From the NCBI GenBank assembly GCA_051859245.1, contig JBHYGA010000010.1:1-64000 (forward strand): a DNA stretch of 64,000 nucleotides. The letters run 5' to 3'. Each line of letters opens with the position of its first letter. The stretch's first letter is position 1. Both the position numbers and the translations under genes were made by a program. This DNA comes from Gemmatimonadaceae bacterium (lineage in GTDB: Bacteria > Gemmatimonadota > Gemmatimonadetes > Gemmatimonadales > Gemmatimonadaceae). The notes under the pieces were generated by a model. That model saw only the letters and a list, made by a program, of their open reading frames with translations. It was not told the origin of the DNA and did not search any database. Of this stretch, positions 10,184-20,658 are shown in pieces.

Positions 10184-11110
10184 TCAGCGCAACGCTTCTT
10201 TCACAATGTTTCCCGTCATGAACGCAATGTTCGCGGGGCGTTCCGCCAATCGACGCATCAGGTACGGATACCACTGCGTCCCAAACGGAATGTACACACG
10301 CACGCGCCAGCCTTCGCTGACGAGGGCCTCCTGCAAATCGCGTCGTACCCCGTAGAGCATCTGGAACTCAAACCGCTCGGGCGCAATCCCTTCAGCGCGC
10401 GCAAACCGTTTGGCTTCCTTGATAATCACCTCGTCGTGCGTGGCCAGGCCCGGGTAATAGCCGCGCGTCATCAGGCGATGCATCGCCTGCACGTACGTGC
10501 GATCGACATCGGCCTTGTCGGGAAACGCCACCGTCTCCGGTTCCTTGTACGCACCTTTGCACAGACGCACGCGCGCGCCGAGCCCGATCGCGCGTTCCAC
10601 GTCATCAAGCGTGCGACGCAGCGCGCTCTGCAGCACGATGCCAACGCGCTTGGGATAGCGGCTGTACAACTCGCGCTCGAACATATCGATCGTGCGCTGC
10701 GTGTACTCACTCGATTCCATGTCCAGCCGCACGAACGAGTCGTACTGGTCCGCGCGCTTGAGAATCTCGCTTACGACATCAATGCACAGGTCGTCGCGAA
10801 TATCCTGACCGAGCGCGGTGAGTTTCACCGACACGTTGCAGTTGAGTTTGCGCCGATGAACTTCGTCGAGCAGTTCGAGATACTGCCGTCCGGTCTCGCG
10901 CGCCTCGGCCTCGTTCGTCACGCTCTCGCCCAATACATCGAGCGTGGCCGAAATGCCGTGCGCGTTCAGGTCCGCGGCGGCTTCACATGCCGCCGCAATC
11001 GTTTCGCCGGGCACAAAGCGCGACGCCATGCGACGCGCGAATCCGTTTCCACGGATGAAATTGAAGATGCGCTGCTGGCGCGAGAGATACAGCAGAGAGT
11101 TACGCAGCAT
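10184..11110 (-). CDS. Monofunctional proline dehydrogenase
   Basis: SVKLTALG, VRLDME, RLCKGAY, ATHD, EFQMLYGVR, YLMRRLAERPAN. Confidence 0.93.
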   Translation of the reverse strand: MLRNSLLYLSRQQRIFNFIRGNGFARRMASRFVPGETIAAACEAAADLNAHGISATLDVLGESVTNEAEARETGRQYLELLDEVHRRKLNCNVSVKLTALGQDIRDDLCIDVVSEILKRADQYDSFVRLDMESSEYTQRTIDMFERELYSRYPKRVGIVLQSALRRTLDDVERAIGLGARVRLCKGAYKEPETVAFPDKADVDRTYVQAMHRLMTRGYYPGLATHDEVIIKEAKRFARAEGIAPERFEFQMLYGVRRDLQEALVSEGWRVRVYIPFGTQWYPYLMRRLAERPANIAFMTGNIVKEALR

Positions 11111-11190
11111 GGAGCGAAGAAACGGGATCAGAAGGCGAGCGTCGCCCTCCGCTGGGATCGCCCCCGTGAACGAGGGCAAGCCTGAAATAT

Positions 11191-11218
11191 AACGGGCCCC
11201 GTGGTCACGGGGCCCGTT
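11191..11218 (-). terminator. GC-rich hairpin downstream of the M14 peptidase, probable terminator
   Basis: AACGGGCCCCGTG-gt-CACGGGGCCCGTT perfect inverted repeat; followed on the minus strand by ATATTT. Confidence 0.65.
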
Positions 11219-11263
11219 GGTATTCGTCGGCTGCGATCTCCGTTCGCGTCGGTTTGACGCGCC

Positions 11264-12952
11264 TTACCGAGGCACCGACATCAGGCGCCACACCGGCGCC
11301 GGCTGCCCCTTCGCCAACGCCGAATCCATGAAATTCCAGGTCACCAGCCCGTCGTCACTTTCGGGCTCAAGCAGCAACATGGCCAGACGGTCGTTCGGCG
11401 TGCCTGTCCGCACGCGCCAGCTCCCCGCAGGCACCTGCCGTGTTTCACGCTTCCAGGTACCGGAGAGCGTGACCTCCTGATGCCCTTGGAACGGTCGGGC
11501 TGCCCGGGCAATGCTGTCCACCGTGAACACTTCGACATCGGCGGAATACGTCGTCGCCACGCGCTCCACGCGAATGCCGTGCGCGCGCAATCGCGGCAGC
11601 GTGGAATCGGCAGCCTTGGCGCTGAGGATCCAGCCACCAAGCGGTGCTGTGCGCGTGAGCGCGGCTTCAAATCGATCGACCACGGGCATACGAACCGACG
11701 CCATGCGCCCGGTGCGACGAATGCCGAGTGGCATGCCGGGTTCGTCGCGCACGGTGCTGTCGGCGGTGCGCTCAAGCACTTCCACCAGCACGGCCTGCGT
11801 ATCCGGCGTACTCCAGAATCGCGAACGAACGGCCACCGCCGGCAGTACGCGGCCCGGCCCGAACGTGGACGCCGCGCGCCCAGTCGCCACCCGCGCTTTG
11901 ATCGCCTGCGGACGCTCGGCCACGTACGACAGCACTTCCTGCACAAAGGCGCGCGTTGACGCGACACGCACGTTGAACGGATCGTGCGAGAATGCTTCGC
12001 TGAGAATGGACATGGCACCACGCAGGCCGTAGTAGTTCGTGCCAAAGCGTGGCTTGTGTTCGTACGTTACGAACGCTGCTTTGATGGTGTCGGTGAGTGA
12101 GCCACGACCCGATTCGCCCGTGAAGTTGCCGTACGGAAAGATGCGGAAGTTGTGGCGCTGCTGCATGCGCGACCGAATCTCCACGAGCATCGTATCACCA
12201 ACGAATGGTGCCAGCGGTGCGGCGGGGTGCAGCGATGGCGAGTACGTGAGGTGGTAGCCGTGGTAGCTGCCGTTCGTGGTGTGCAAATCCATGAACACGT
12301 CGGGCTCCCACGCATTGATCGCCGCGAGCGTTCCACGCGTTTCCGGCGCCTCGGCCTTGATGTAGTCGCGATTCAGATCGAGTCCCATGCCATTGGGGCG
12401 CAGGCCGATCTGCGCGGGACCGTTCTGCGCTCCACGATTGCGCGCCTGGTCGCCAAAGTCATCGTTTCCGTCGGCATTGTAGATCGGCACCACCAAGAGC
12501 ACGATCGAATCCAGCACAGTGGCGCCGCGCGCGAACGAGAGATCACGCAGCAGTGCCTGTACCGCTTCCTTTCCTTCGACCTCGCCGGCGTGAATGTTCG
12601 CCTGCACATATACAATGGGACGACCGAGCGCGCGTGCCTGCGCCGGCGTACGCACGGTTGGTTTCGACGCGATCACGAGCGGCACCACCTTGCCCTTGGT
12701 TGAACGCGCCAGTTCCGTGACCACAATTGGCGCACGCATTTTCACGAGCGAATCAAGGAACAGGATCACATCGGCATGATGCGATGTCTCCTGATAGTTC
12801 GTGCGTTCCGCTCGTGTGGCCGGCTTGGGGAGTGCGGCTTGTTGCGCGACAAGCTCCGCTGCACCAGTGCCGAGCAGCACGGCGCACAATGCTGTGCTCA
12901 GCGATCGGCGTGTACGAAACATGCTCTTCAAGCGTGTGATAGAACGATTCAC
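11264..12952 (-). CDS. Secreted M14 family zinc carboxypeptidase
   Basis: NIHAGEVEGKE (HxxE), DLNRD, DLHTTNG; signal peptide. Start GTG 12952 (GGAG SD) or ATG 12922. Confidence 0.88.
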   Translation of the reverse strand: MNRSITRLKSMFRTRRSLSTALCAVLLGTGAAELVAQQAALPKPATRAERTNYQETSHHADVILFLDSLVKMRAPIVVTELARSTKGKVVPLVIASKPTVRTPAQARALGRPIVYVQANIHAGEVEGKEAVQALLRDLSFARGATVLDSIVLLVVPIYNADGNDDFGDQARNRGAQNGPAQIGLRPNGMGLDLNRDYIKAEAPETRGTLAAINAWEPDVFMDLHTTNGSYHGYHLTYSPSLHPAAPLAPFVGDTMLVEIRSRMQQRHNFRIFPYGNFTGESGRGSLTDTIKAAFVTYEHKPRFGTNYYGLRGAMSILSEAFSHDPFNVRVASTRAFVQEVLSYVAERPQAIKARVATGRAASTFGPGRVLPAVAVRSRFWSTPDTQAVLVEVLERTADSTVRDEPGMPLGIRRTGRMASVRMPVVDRFEAALTRTAPLGGWILSAKAADSTLPRLRAHGIRVERVATTYSADVEVFTVDSIARAARPFQGHQEVTLSGTWKRETRQVPAGSWRVRTGTPNDRLAMLLLEPESDDGLVTWNFMDSALAKGQPAPVWRLMSVPR

Positions 12953-12998
12953 AGCGACTCCAACGCGTGGGGAGGTGGGAACAGGTGGTGTGCAGCAG

Positions 12999-13616
12999 TT
13001 ATGCATCGTACTCGTCGGCGAAGTGCTGGCGAATTTCTTTCAACTGCAACACGTGGCGTTGCTCGTGACGGGCGATCATCAGCAACCACTCGTACAAGTT
13101 CATGTCGCCGAGACGCGGATGGGGCGCGGAGAATGTGGACAGCGCAAGGCCACTGGCCTGTTGCATGGCCTGCAGCAATCGCGCGCGCGTGACCTCGAGC
13201 GCCTGGCATGCTTCGTCAAAATCTGGCGCTTCGGCGGGCATCACAACCGACGGCGCATCAAACTTTCGCAATCTGGCGCGCACACCAAACCGATCAAAAT
13301 CCGCCAGCATTGCTTCTGCGTCGCTCGGGGTAAACTGCTCCGCCTCGAGCGGCGCACCACTTTCGCGCACCGCTTTTGCACCCTTGCTGAACAGGCGACC
13401 AGAGCCGTCTTCCACTTTGGCGAGATGCGCCACCACTTCCGCGGCTGACCACCGATCCGGTGATGGGCGAACGGTGCGCAGCGCCGCTGGAATCTCGCGC
13501 GCGGCGTCGAGCAATTCGGCGCGCGCTTCGGCGAGCAATCGGGCAATGAGCTCAAGTCGGGGGTGCATCGACAGCGGCTGGGCTGTCGCGGGCGCAGAGG
13601 CGGAAGCGTCACTCAC
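12999..13616 (-). CDS. DinB family protein
   Basis: WSAAEVVAHL...HPRLG...HEQRH His triad; start overlaps the fadJ stop. Confidence 0.85.
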   Translation of the reverse strand: MSDASASAPATAQPLSMHPRLELIARLLAEARAELLDAAREIPAALRTVRPSPDRWSAAEVVAHLAKVEDGSGRLFSKGAKAVRESGAPLEAEQFTPSDAEAMLADFDRFGVRARLRKFDAPSVVMPAEAPDFDEACQALEVTRARLLQAMQQASGLALSTFSAPHPRLGDMNLYEWLLMIARHEQRHVLQLKEIRQHFADEYDA

Positions 13617-15760
13617 AATGGCTTACCGGAAGAGGGATAAAAACGTTCACCACGAACGGCCATGCTGCGCAATCTCGCCGCCGGTGTGAATCGTCCAGGG
13701 AACCGCGTATCCAGTGCGTCGAGTGCTTGCACCACACGCGCCACACCCATCGCATCGATGGCACGAAACGGTCCGCCACGAAACGGCGGAAAACCAATGC
13801 CGAACACGGCGCCAATGTCGCCATCTCGTGTGTTGCGCAACACACCGACTTCGAGGCAACGCACGGCTTCGTTGAGCATGGGGAGCACGGTACGATCCAC
13901 GATCTCCTGCGCACTCATTTCGCGACGGGCGCCCGTTGCGGGTGTCAGCGCATAGACCGATTTGTCCGGTCCGTCGCGCTTGCCCTTATCGTCGTACGCG
14001 TAGAATCCTCGTCCGCCTTTGCGTCCAAGCCGCCCATCGGCGAGCACGCGCTGCAACGTGGCGGACGGCGCCAGCCGCTCGCCAAACGCCTCGGCCATGA
14101 TCGGACCTGACTTGGCCGCAATATCGAGCCCGACTTCATCCAGCAGCGTGATCGGACCGACCGGAAAACCGTAGCCAACTAGCGCCGAATCAATCGCGTC
14201 CATGGCCACACCTTCGTCAAGCAACCGACCGGCTTCGTTGATGTACGGCGCCAAAATGCGATTCACATAAAACCCTGGACCGTCGGAAACCACGATCACG
14301 GTTTTTCCGATCTGTTTTCCGTAGGCAACAGTGGTCGCGATCGTTTGCGCGCTCGTTTGCGGTGCCGCGATCACTTCGAGCAGTGGCATCTTGTGCACCG
14401 GACTGAAAAAGTGCATACCAACCACGCGCTCGGGGCGTACCGCCGCCTCAGCGATGCGCGCAATCGGGATCGTGCTCGTGTTTGATGCAAAAATCGCGCT
14501 GGGTGCTGCGTGCTCGACTTCGCGAAGCACGGTGTGCTTGACGGCAAGATCTTCGAACACCGCTTCGATCACGAGGTCGGCACGTGTAAACCCGGTGTAA
14601 TCCGTTCCGCCGCTCACCAGACTCATCATGTCGTCGAACGCGAGCGGTGTCAGTCGACGCTTCTTTCGCTTCTCCGCGAGAACCTCGCGCACCGCGCGGA
14701 GCCCACTCGCGATTCGATCGAGCGACGCATCGCGCAGACGCACCGGCGTGAGCTTCTGCACGGCAACGGACGCAATGCCCGCGCCCATGAATCCTGCGCC
14801 AATCACGCCGATTCGCTGCACCGGTGTCGCGGTGACATTGGCGTCGGCTACGCCCGTGTCTTTTTTGAGCGCGGTCGTGGCAAAAAACAGGAACGTCAGT
14901 TCACGACACACGGGTGTCATGGCCAGCGCGCCAAACTGTTTCGCTTCGGCGTCGAGGCCTCGCGACACACCGTGTGCATACCCTTCCGCTATCACATCAA
15001 TCGCGGCGAGCGGCGCTGGATACGCACCGCGCGTCTTTTTCATAACCTGTTCGCGCGCCTGCCGAAACACGACGGCACGTCCGACCGGATTGTCTTCCAG
15101 CAGCATTTCCGACGCACTGCTCCGGCGTTCTTCACGCGAGCGTGTGCCGCTTGCCAGTTCCCGGGCACGCTGTATGGCAACGCGACGCAGCACCGCCGGA
15201 TGCACAAGATCATCAACCAGACCGAGCGAGCGTGCTTTGCGTGGACGAATTGTCTTGCCCGTAAGAATCATGTCGAGCGCGCCTTGCAGTCCGATCAAGC
15301 GCGGCAAGCGCTGCGTTCCGCCTGCGCCCGGCAACAGCCCAAGTTGTGTCTCCGGCAGCGCCGTCACGGACTTGGGGTGATCGCTGAGCACGCGCCAGTG
15401 ACACGCGAGGGCAACTTCGAGACCACCGCCGAGACACGCGCCGTGAATCGCCGCGACTATCGGCTTCCTGAGCGCTGCCAGTCGATCAAGCATGCGCTGG
15501 CCATTTCGCGAGAGTGTTTCGCCAGCACTGGCCGACGTCAGCGACACGAGCTCTTCAATGTCGGCGCCGGCAATCCACACATCCGATTTGCCACTGATCA
15601 GCACCGCGCAGGTGATCGACGCATCAGTCTCCAATCGCGTGAACATGGCCTCGAACTCCGATGCCAATCGCGAGTTGAGCGCGTTCACGGGCGCGTTGGG
15701 ATCATCAAAGGTGATCACCGCGACGCCGTCTTCAACCATCAGCGACAGGGTCTGCGTCAT
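13613..15760 (-). CDS. fadJ: Fatty acid oxidation complex alpha subunit (enoyl-CoA hydratase / 3-hydroxyacyl-CoA dehydrogenase)
   Basis: AGADI, GGGLE, LPETQLGLLPGAGGTQRLPRLIG; GAGFMG, IEAVFEDL, SNTS, GMHFFSPV; coupled to the thiolase. Confidence 0.92.
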   Translation of the reverse strand: MTQTLSLMVEDGVAVITFDDPNAPVNALNSRLASEFEAMFTRLETDASITCAVLISGKSDVWIAGADIEELVSLTSASAGETLSRNGQRMLDRLAALRKPIVAAIHGACLGGGLEVALACHWRVLSDHPKSVTALPETQLGLLPGAGGTQRLPRLIGLQGALDMILTGKTIRPRKARSLGLVDDLVHPAVLRRVAIQRARELASGTRSREERRSSASEMLLEDNPVGRAVVFRQAREQVMKKTRGAYPAPLAAIDVIAEGYAHGVSRGLDAEAKQFGALAMTPVCRELTFLFFATTALKKDTGVADANVTATPVQRIGVIGAGFMGAGIASVAVQKLTPVRLRDASLDRIASGLRAVREVLAEKRKKRRLTPLAFDDMMSLVSGGTDYTGFTRADLVIEAVFEDLAVKHTVLREVEHAAPSAIFASNTSTIPIARIAEAAVRPERVVGMHFFSPVHKMPLLEVIAAPQTSAQTIATTVAYGKQIGKTVIVVSDGPGFYVNRILAPYINEAGRLLDEGVAMDAIDSALVGYGFPVGPITLLDEVGLDIAAKSGPIMAEAFGERLAPSATLQRVLADGRLGRKGGRGFYAYDDKGKRDGPDKSVYALTPATGARREMSAQEIVDRTVLPMLNEAVRCLEVGVLRNTRDGDIGAVFGIGFPPFRGGPFRAIDAMGVARVVQALDALDTRFPGRFTPAARLRSMAVRGERFYPSSGKPL

Positions 15761-17055
15761 GCGCGCTCCACCACCATGGCATGTCCCATGCCGCCAGCGG
15801 CGCACACCGTTAGCAAACCAAACTGGCCACCAATGCGCCCCAGTTCGTTGAGCAGAGTGGTCACGATGCGTGCGCCCGTCGCGCCAAACGGATGTCCGAT
15901 CGAAAGCGAACCGCCCAATACGTTGAGTTTATCGGGATCAACCTCGCCAACCGGACTGCTCAGCCCGGCGCGCTCCGCCCACGCGGTTGACGCCAGTCCA
16001 TGCAGGTTGCTCAACACCTGTGCCGCGAAGGCCTCGTGCATTTCCACGCGATCCATCTCCGCGAGTGTCAGCCCGGCTCGCTCGAGTGCACGCGGTGCCG
16101 CGAATACCGGCGCTTGTAATAACTGCTCGGCGGGATCAATCGCCGCGTAGGCGTACGAACGGATGAATCCAAGTGGCGCGTATCCCAGCGCCGCGGCCAC
16201 ATCTTCGCGCATGAGCAGCACGGCAGCCGCTCCATCGGTGAGCGGTGATGCGTTGCCTGCAGTGACCGATCCGTACTGCCGATCAAATACCGGCTTCAGG
16301 GCCGCCAGCTGCTCAAGCTTGGTGTCAGAACGAATCAGGTTGTCAGTGGCGAGCATTTCCTTGTGCGCGGGCGGCACCGTGATCGGTGCAATCTCCGCGG
16401 TAAGGCGTCCATCTCGTGTTCCCGCCGCTGCGCGCTGATGCGACCGGAGTGCAAAGGCATCCTGCGCCTCTCGCGAAATCCCATTGAGCTTGGCCATGGT
16501 GTCGGCGGACTGCCCCATGGTCTCGCCCGTGCTTGGCTCCGAAATCGCCGGTGTAATCGGCACCAGATCGCGCGGCCGAATGCGTCCCAGAATGCCAAGG
16601 CGCTGCGAGAGTGACTTGGCTTTGCTAGCCGCGATCAGCGTGTCTGCCATGCGACGGGAATGCAGAATCGGTACCTGCGTGAGTGATTCCGCCCCGCCCG
16701 CGATCGCGATCCGGGCGTGACCAAGTGCGATCTGATCGGCCGCGTCGGTAATCGCCTGATTCGCCGAGGCGCAGGCACGCCCAACAGTGTAGGCTTGCAC
16801 ATCGCGCGGGAAGTGCGGCATGAGCGAGATTTCCCGCGCAATGTTGGGCGCGAGTACCGACGGCAGCACCGTGCCGAACACGAGCAGGTCAACGCCCTTG
16901 CCTTCGAGCTCGGTGCGCTGCATGATCGCGGCCACCGCATGACGGCCGAGGTCGAGTGCCGAGTAGTCGGCGAGCAGCGTGCCCGATCGAGCGAACGGCG
17001 TGCGCACGCCCGCAACCACGGCAACGCGCTGCCCCGGAGTCCCGTATTGGATCAT
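15757..17055 (-). CDS. fadI: Acetyl-CoA C-acyltransferase (thiolase, beta subunit)
   Basis: RACASA, HEAFAAQ, GHPFGATG, CAAGG. Confidence 0.92.
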   Translation of the reverse strand: MIQYGTPGQRVAVVAGVRTPFARSGTLLADYSALDLGRHAVAAIMQRTELEGKGVDLLVFGTVLPSVLAPNIAREISLMPHFPRDVQAYTVGRACASANQAITDAADQIALGHARIAIAGGAESLTQVPILHSRRMADTLIAASKAKSLSQRLGILGRIRPRDLVPITPAISEPSTGETMGQSADTMAKLNGISREAQDAFALRSHQRAAAGTRDGRLTAEIAPITVPPAHKEMLATDNLIRSDTKLEQLAALKPVFDRQYGSVTAGNASPLTDGAAAVLLMREDVAAALGYAPLGFIRSYAYAAIDPAEQLLQAPVFAAPRALERAGLTLAEMDRVEMHEAFAAQVLSNLHGLASTAWAERAGLSSPVGEVDPDKLNVLGGSLSIGHPFGATGARIVTTLLNELGRIGGQFGLLTVCAAGGMGHAMVVERA

Positions 17056-17135
17056 GAATTGAAGTTACCGTATCGCGAGCACCCTCTGCAGTCACTGGGG
17101 GTCTGCTCTTCCCACCCTCCCCTGGAGTACCTCCT

Positions 17136-20100
17136 GTGATCGACCCGCGCCTTTCGCGTGTCGCACGTGCCTGTGGCACACGTGCCTGTGGCCTGCTGTT
17201 CGTCGCGGGCGCAGCCCTCGCGCCCGCAGTGCTCACCTCCCAAGCCGCACCTGCGGTCGCGACCGAGTTCTCGTCGCTGCATTTCCGCTCGATCGGACCG
17301 GCGACCATGTCTGGCCGTATTGCGGCGGTGGCCGTTTATGAGGCCAACCCGGCCATCTACTACGTGGCCACCGCCCACGGCGGCGTGTGGAAGACCACCA
17401 GCAACGGCACAATGTTCACGCCGTTGTTTCAGCATCAGGGGCTGATGTCCATCGGCGCCGTGACGATTTCGCAAAAGGACCCCAACCTCGTGTGGGTCGG
17501 CGGCGGTGAGTCGAACAATCGCCAGAGCACATCATGGGGTGACGGCATCTACAAGAGCACCGACGGTGGCACCACGTTTACGCACATGGGACTGCGTGAG
17601 TCCCGGCACATCAATCGGATCGTGCTTGATCCCACGAACACCGACATCGTGTTCGTTGCGGCGACCGGCCCACTGTTTGGTTCGGGTGGCGAGCGCGGTG
17701 TGTACAAGAGCACCGACGGTGGCGCGACCTGGAAGCGCACGTTGCACATCAATGACGAAACCGGTGCCAACGACATCGTGATGTCGCCAACGGATTCGAA
17801 GGTCCTGTTTGCAACCACGTACCAGCGTCGACGCACCACCTGCTGCTTCAACGGCGGTGGTGAAGGCAGTGCGCTGCACGTGAGCCGCGACGGCGGCGAA
17901 ACATGGAGCAAGGTGGAGGGTGGATTTCCTACGGGCGCACTCGGTCGCCTCGCAGTGGATATCGCTCCGTCGAACGCGAGCATCGTCTACGCGCTCGTGG
18001 AAGCACCCGCCGCGGCTGGACAGAGCCCGTCAGGACTCTGGCGTTCGAATGACGGCGGTGCAACATGGGCCAAGGTCAACAGCGTAAATCCGCGCCCCAT
18101 GTATTTCAGCAAGCTCAAGGTGGATCCAACCAATCCGGAGCGCGTGTACTACGTCGGCGTTGGATTGCACGTGTCGCACGATGGTGGAAAAACGGTTGAA
18201 CCCGACGCCGCGCGCGTGCTGCACGACGATGTGCACGCCATCTGGATTAATCCGCGCAATACCGATCATGTGGTGATTGGCAACGATGGCGGACTCGGCG
18301 TGTCGTACGACGCGGCGAAAACGTGGCAGTTCATTCCCAATGTGCCGGTAGGCTTGTTCTATCACGCGTGGTACGACATGGAGACGCCGTTCAATGTGTG
18401 CGGCGGCATGCAGGACAACTACAACTGGTGTGGCCCCAGTCGCTCGCGCTTTGGCGCAGGCATCATGAACTACGACTGGTTCCAGATTCTCGGTGGCGAC
18501 GGGTTTGTGGCCATGCCCGATCCGCGCGACTCACGCATTGTCTACACCGAGTCGCAGGACGGCAACATGATTCGTCGCAACAAGATCACGGGCGAGTCCA
18601 AGAGCATTCGGCCCACACCGCAGAATGTGTCTCCCGCCGTGCCGGCGACTGAGCGATTCCGCTTTCACTGGGATTCGCCAATGACATTGTCGTCGCACGA
18701 ACTGGGCACGCTTATCGTGGCCGCCAATCGTGTGTTTCGTTCAACGGATCGTGGTGATTCGTGGACGGTGATTAGTCCCGATCTCACACAGAACAAGAAT
18801 CGCGATTCCATCGTTACGATGGGGCAGAACGGTCGCGATATCCGGCTGGCGCGCAACGACGGTATCTCGCAGTGGCCGGCGATCGTATCACTGGCTGAAT
18901 CACCCAAACAGGCCGGGGTGATCTACACGGGCACTGATGATGGCACCGTGAGCGTCACGCGTGACAACGGAAAGACGTGGACGAACATTACGGCCAACCT
19001 GCCCGGATTCCCCGCGGGTGCCTTTGTATCTGAAGTGGTGCCCTCGCGGTTTGAGGCTGGCACCGTGTACGTGACCGTCGACAATCACCGCGAAAACGAC
19101 TTCACGCCGCACGCGTGGATGAGCACCGACTTTGGCGCCACGTTCCGTCGCATCACCAATGGACTGAACGGCGAGATTGTACGCACGCTCACAGAAGACA
19201 CACGTAGCGCCAATGTGCTCTACGTGGGCGGTGAAAGCGGCATTTGGCTCTCGCTCGACAAGGGCGCCAACTGGCGCAAACTGAGCGGTGACAACTTCCC
19301 CAATGTGCGTGTGGACGAACTCACCATTCATCCGCGTGACAACGCGTTGATTGTGGCGTCACATGGTCGCTCCATCTGGGTGCTCGACGACCTGTCGCCG
19401 ATTCAGGAGTACAACACCGCGCGCACCGTTGCCGATGTGGCGTTGTTTTCCGTGCCCAACGCATTGCAGTGGAAGTACAAGGATGATCGCAATGACGAGT
19501 TCTGGGGACATCAGACCTTCATCGGCGAAAATCCGCCGGCCGACGCGACGATTCGCATGTTCGTGAACAAGGCTCCGGATTCGCTCGCCGTGCGCATCAG
19601 CAGTGGGACGCGTGTGGTGCGTGAGCTCGCCGTACGCGCCGACAGCAACTTCACCGGCATTCAGACCGTGTGCTGGGATCTGCGCGGCGCGCCGATCGTG
19701 AGCGCGACACCCGCCGCCGCACCCGGTGGTCGTGGCCCCGGTGGCGGTGGCGGTGGCGGCGGCGGTGGTGGTGGTGGCGGCGGTGGCGGCGGTGGCGGCG
19801 GTGGTGGTGGTGGCGGTGGTGGCGGCGCACAGGGCGGTGCCGCTCGCATCCCCGGCGTGCCCACGCCACTCCCAACCGCGGGCTACAAGCCGTCGTCACC
19901 GTGTCGTGGCGGCGGAGGCGGTGGCGGATTTGGTGGCGGCGGTGGTGCGGCTGCGCCGTACGTCACGCCCGGCGACTACACCGTCGCGGTGGTGGCGAAC
20001 GGCAAAGTGCTGTCGAGCAAGACCATGAAGGTGGTCATGGATCCGCAAGTGCAACTCACCGGCAGTGCGCGTATCGCCTACGACGCACTGCTCAACGATC

Positions 20101-20576
20101 TGCACGCACGTCAGCAGCGCGGTAGCGATGTCGCCGCCAAGCTCACGACGCTTGCCACGCAAATCGCTGTTGTGAAATCCAAACTCGATTCCACACCATC
20201 ACTCACCGCCGCAAACAAAACATCGTTTGCAACACTGGAGCAGGCGTTCGATAGCGTGCGCGTGAAGTTTGGTGTGCAACCAGGCCGTTTGCCGGGCGCG
20301 ATGGCTGTCCCGCCCACGGCGGGCCCTGGCGGTGGTGGCGGATTTGGTGGCTTCGGCGGCGCCGCGAACACCGCGAACGTGCTCGGCCGACTTGGCACGG
20401 TCAAAGGCGCGATCGCTGGCATCTGGGAGACACCAAGCGCCTCGCTGCAGCAACAGGCCTCAACCACAAGCCGCGAGCTCGATGTCGCGATTGCGGAAGC
20501 CAATCGGGTACTCGCATCCGCACAGACGGTGGGACGCGCGTTCACGGCCGCTGGTCTGACACTCGGCGTGCCCTGA
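17136..20576 (+). CDS. Secreted BNR/Asp-box beta-propeller (VPS10/sortilin-like, glycosyl hydrolase-like) protein with a poly-Gly linker
   Basis: FRSIGPATMSGRI N-terminus, many S/T-x-D-G-G-x-T-W Asp boxes, GGMQDN, Gly-rich C-terminal region. Confidence 0.88.
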   Translation: MIDPRLSRVARACGTRACGLLFVAGAALAPAVLTSQAAPAVATEFSSLHFRSIGPATMSGRIAAVAVYEANPAIYYVATAHGGVWKTTSNGTMFTPLFQHQGLMSIGAVTISQKDPNLVWVGGGESNNRQSTSWGDGIYKSTDGGTTFTHMGLRESRHINRIVLDPTNTDIVFVAATGPLFGSGGERGVYKSTDGGATWKRTLHINDETGANDIVMSPTDSKVLFATTYQRRRTTCCFNGGGEGSALHVSRDGGETWSKVEGGFPTGALGRLAVDIAPSNASIVYALVEAPAAAGQSPSGLWRSNDGGATWAKVNSVNPRPMYFSKLKVDPTNPERVYYVGVGLHVSHDGGKTVEPDAARVLHDDVHAIWINPRNTDHVVIGNDGGLGVSYDAAKTWQFIPNVPVGLFYHAWYDMETPFNVCGGMQDNYNWCGPSRSRFGAGIMNYDWFQILGGDGFVAMPDPRDSRIVYTESQDGNMIRRNKITGESKSIRPTPQNVSPAVPATERFRFHWDSPMTLSSHELGTLIVAANRVFRSTDRGDSWTVISPDLTQNKNRDSIVTMGQNGRDIRLARNDGISQWPAIVSLAESPKQAGVIYTGTDDGTVSVTRDNGKTWTNITANLPGFPAGAFVSEVVPSRFEAGTVYVTVDNHRENDFTPHAWMSTDFGATFRRITNGLNGEIVRTLTEDTRSANVLYVGGESGIWLSLDKGANWRKLSGDNFPNVRVDELTIHPRDNALIVASHGRSIWVLDDLSPIQEYNTARTVADVALFSVPNALQWKYKDDRNDEFWGHQTFIGENPPADATIRMFVNKAPDSLAVRISSGTRVVRELAVRADSNFTGIQTVCWDLRGAPIVSATPAAAPGGRGPGGGGGGGGGGGGGGGGGGGGGGGGGGGGGAQGGAARIPGVPTPLPTAGYKPSSPCRGGGGGGGFGGGGGAAAPYVTPGDYTVAVVANGKVLSSKTMKVVMDPQVQLTGSARIAYDALLNDLHARQQRGSDVAAKLTTLATQIAVVKSKLDSTPSLTAANKTSFATLEQAFDSVRVKFGVQPGRLPGAMAVPPTAGPGGGGGFGGFGGAANTANVLGRLGTVKGAIAGIWETPSASLQQQASTTSRELDVAIAEANRVLASAQTVGRAFTAAGLTLGVP
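19740..19826 (+). repeat. (GGY)n trinucleotide run encoding 29 consecutive Gly
   Basis: 87 nt of mixed GGT/GGC codons. Confidence 0.92.
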
Positions 20577-20594
20577 GTCGAGGACCGCTTCTGC

Positions 20595-20640
20595 ACAACG
20601 GCCCACCAATGCGCGATGCATTGGTGGGCCGTTGTTTTTC
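20595..20640 (+). terminator. Intrinsic terminator
   Basis: ACAACGGCCCACCAATGC-gcgat-GCATTGGTGGGCCGTTGT followed by TTTTC. Confidence 0.88.
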
Positions 20641-20658
20641 TGTGCGGCGCGAGAACGG

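Noticed and set aside
14510..16150. 546-aa plus-strand ORF
   Set aside because: Antisense shadow of fadJ/fadI, expected in high-GC coding DNA; no recognisable motifs
19651..20125. Poly-Pro, Arg/Trp-rich, His/Arg-rich and Val/Ala-rich ORFs
   Set aside because: Alternative-frame readings of the (GGY)n run
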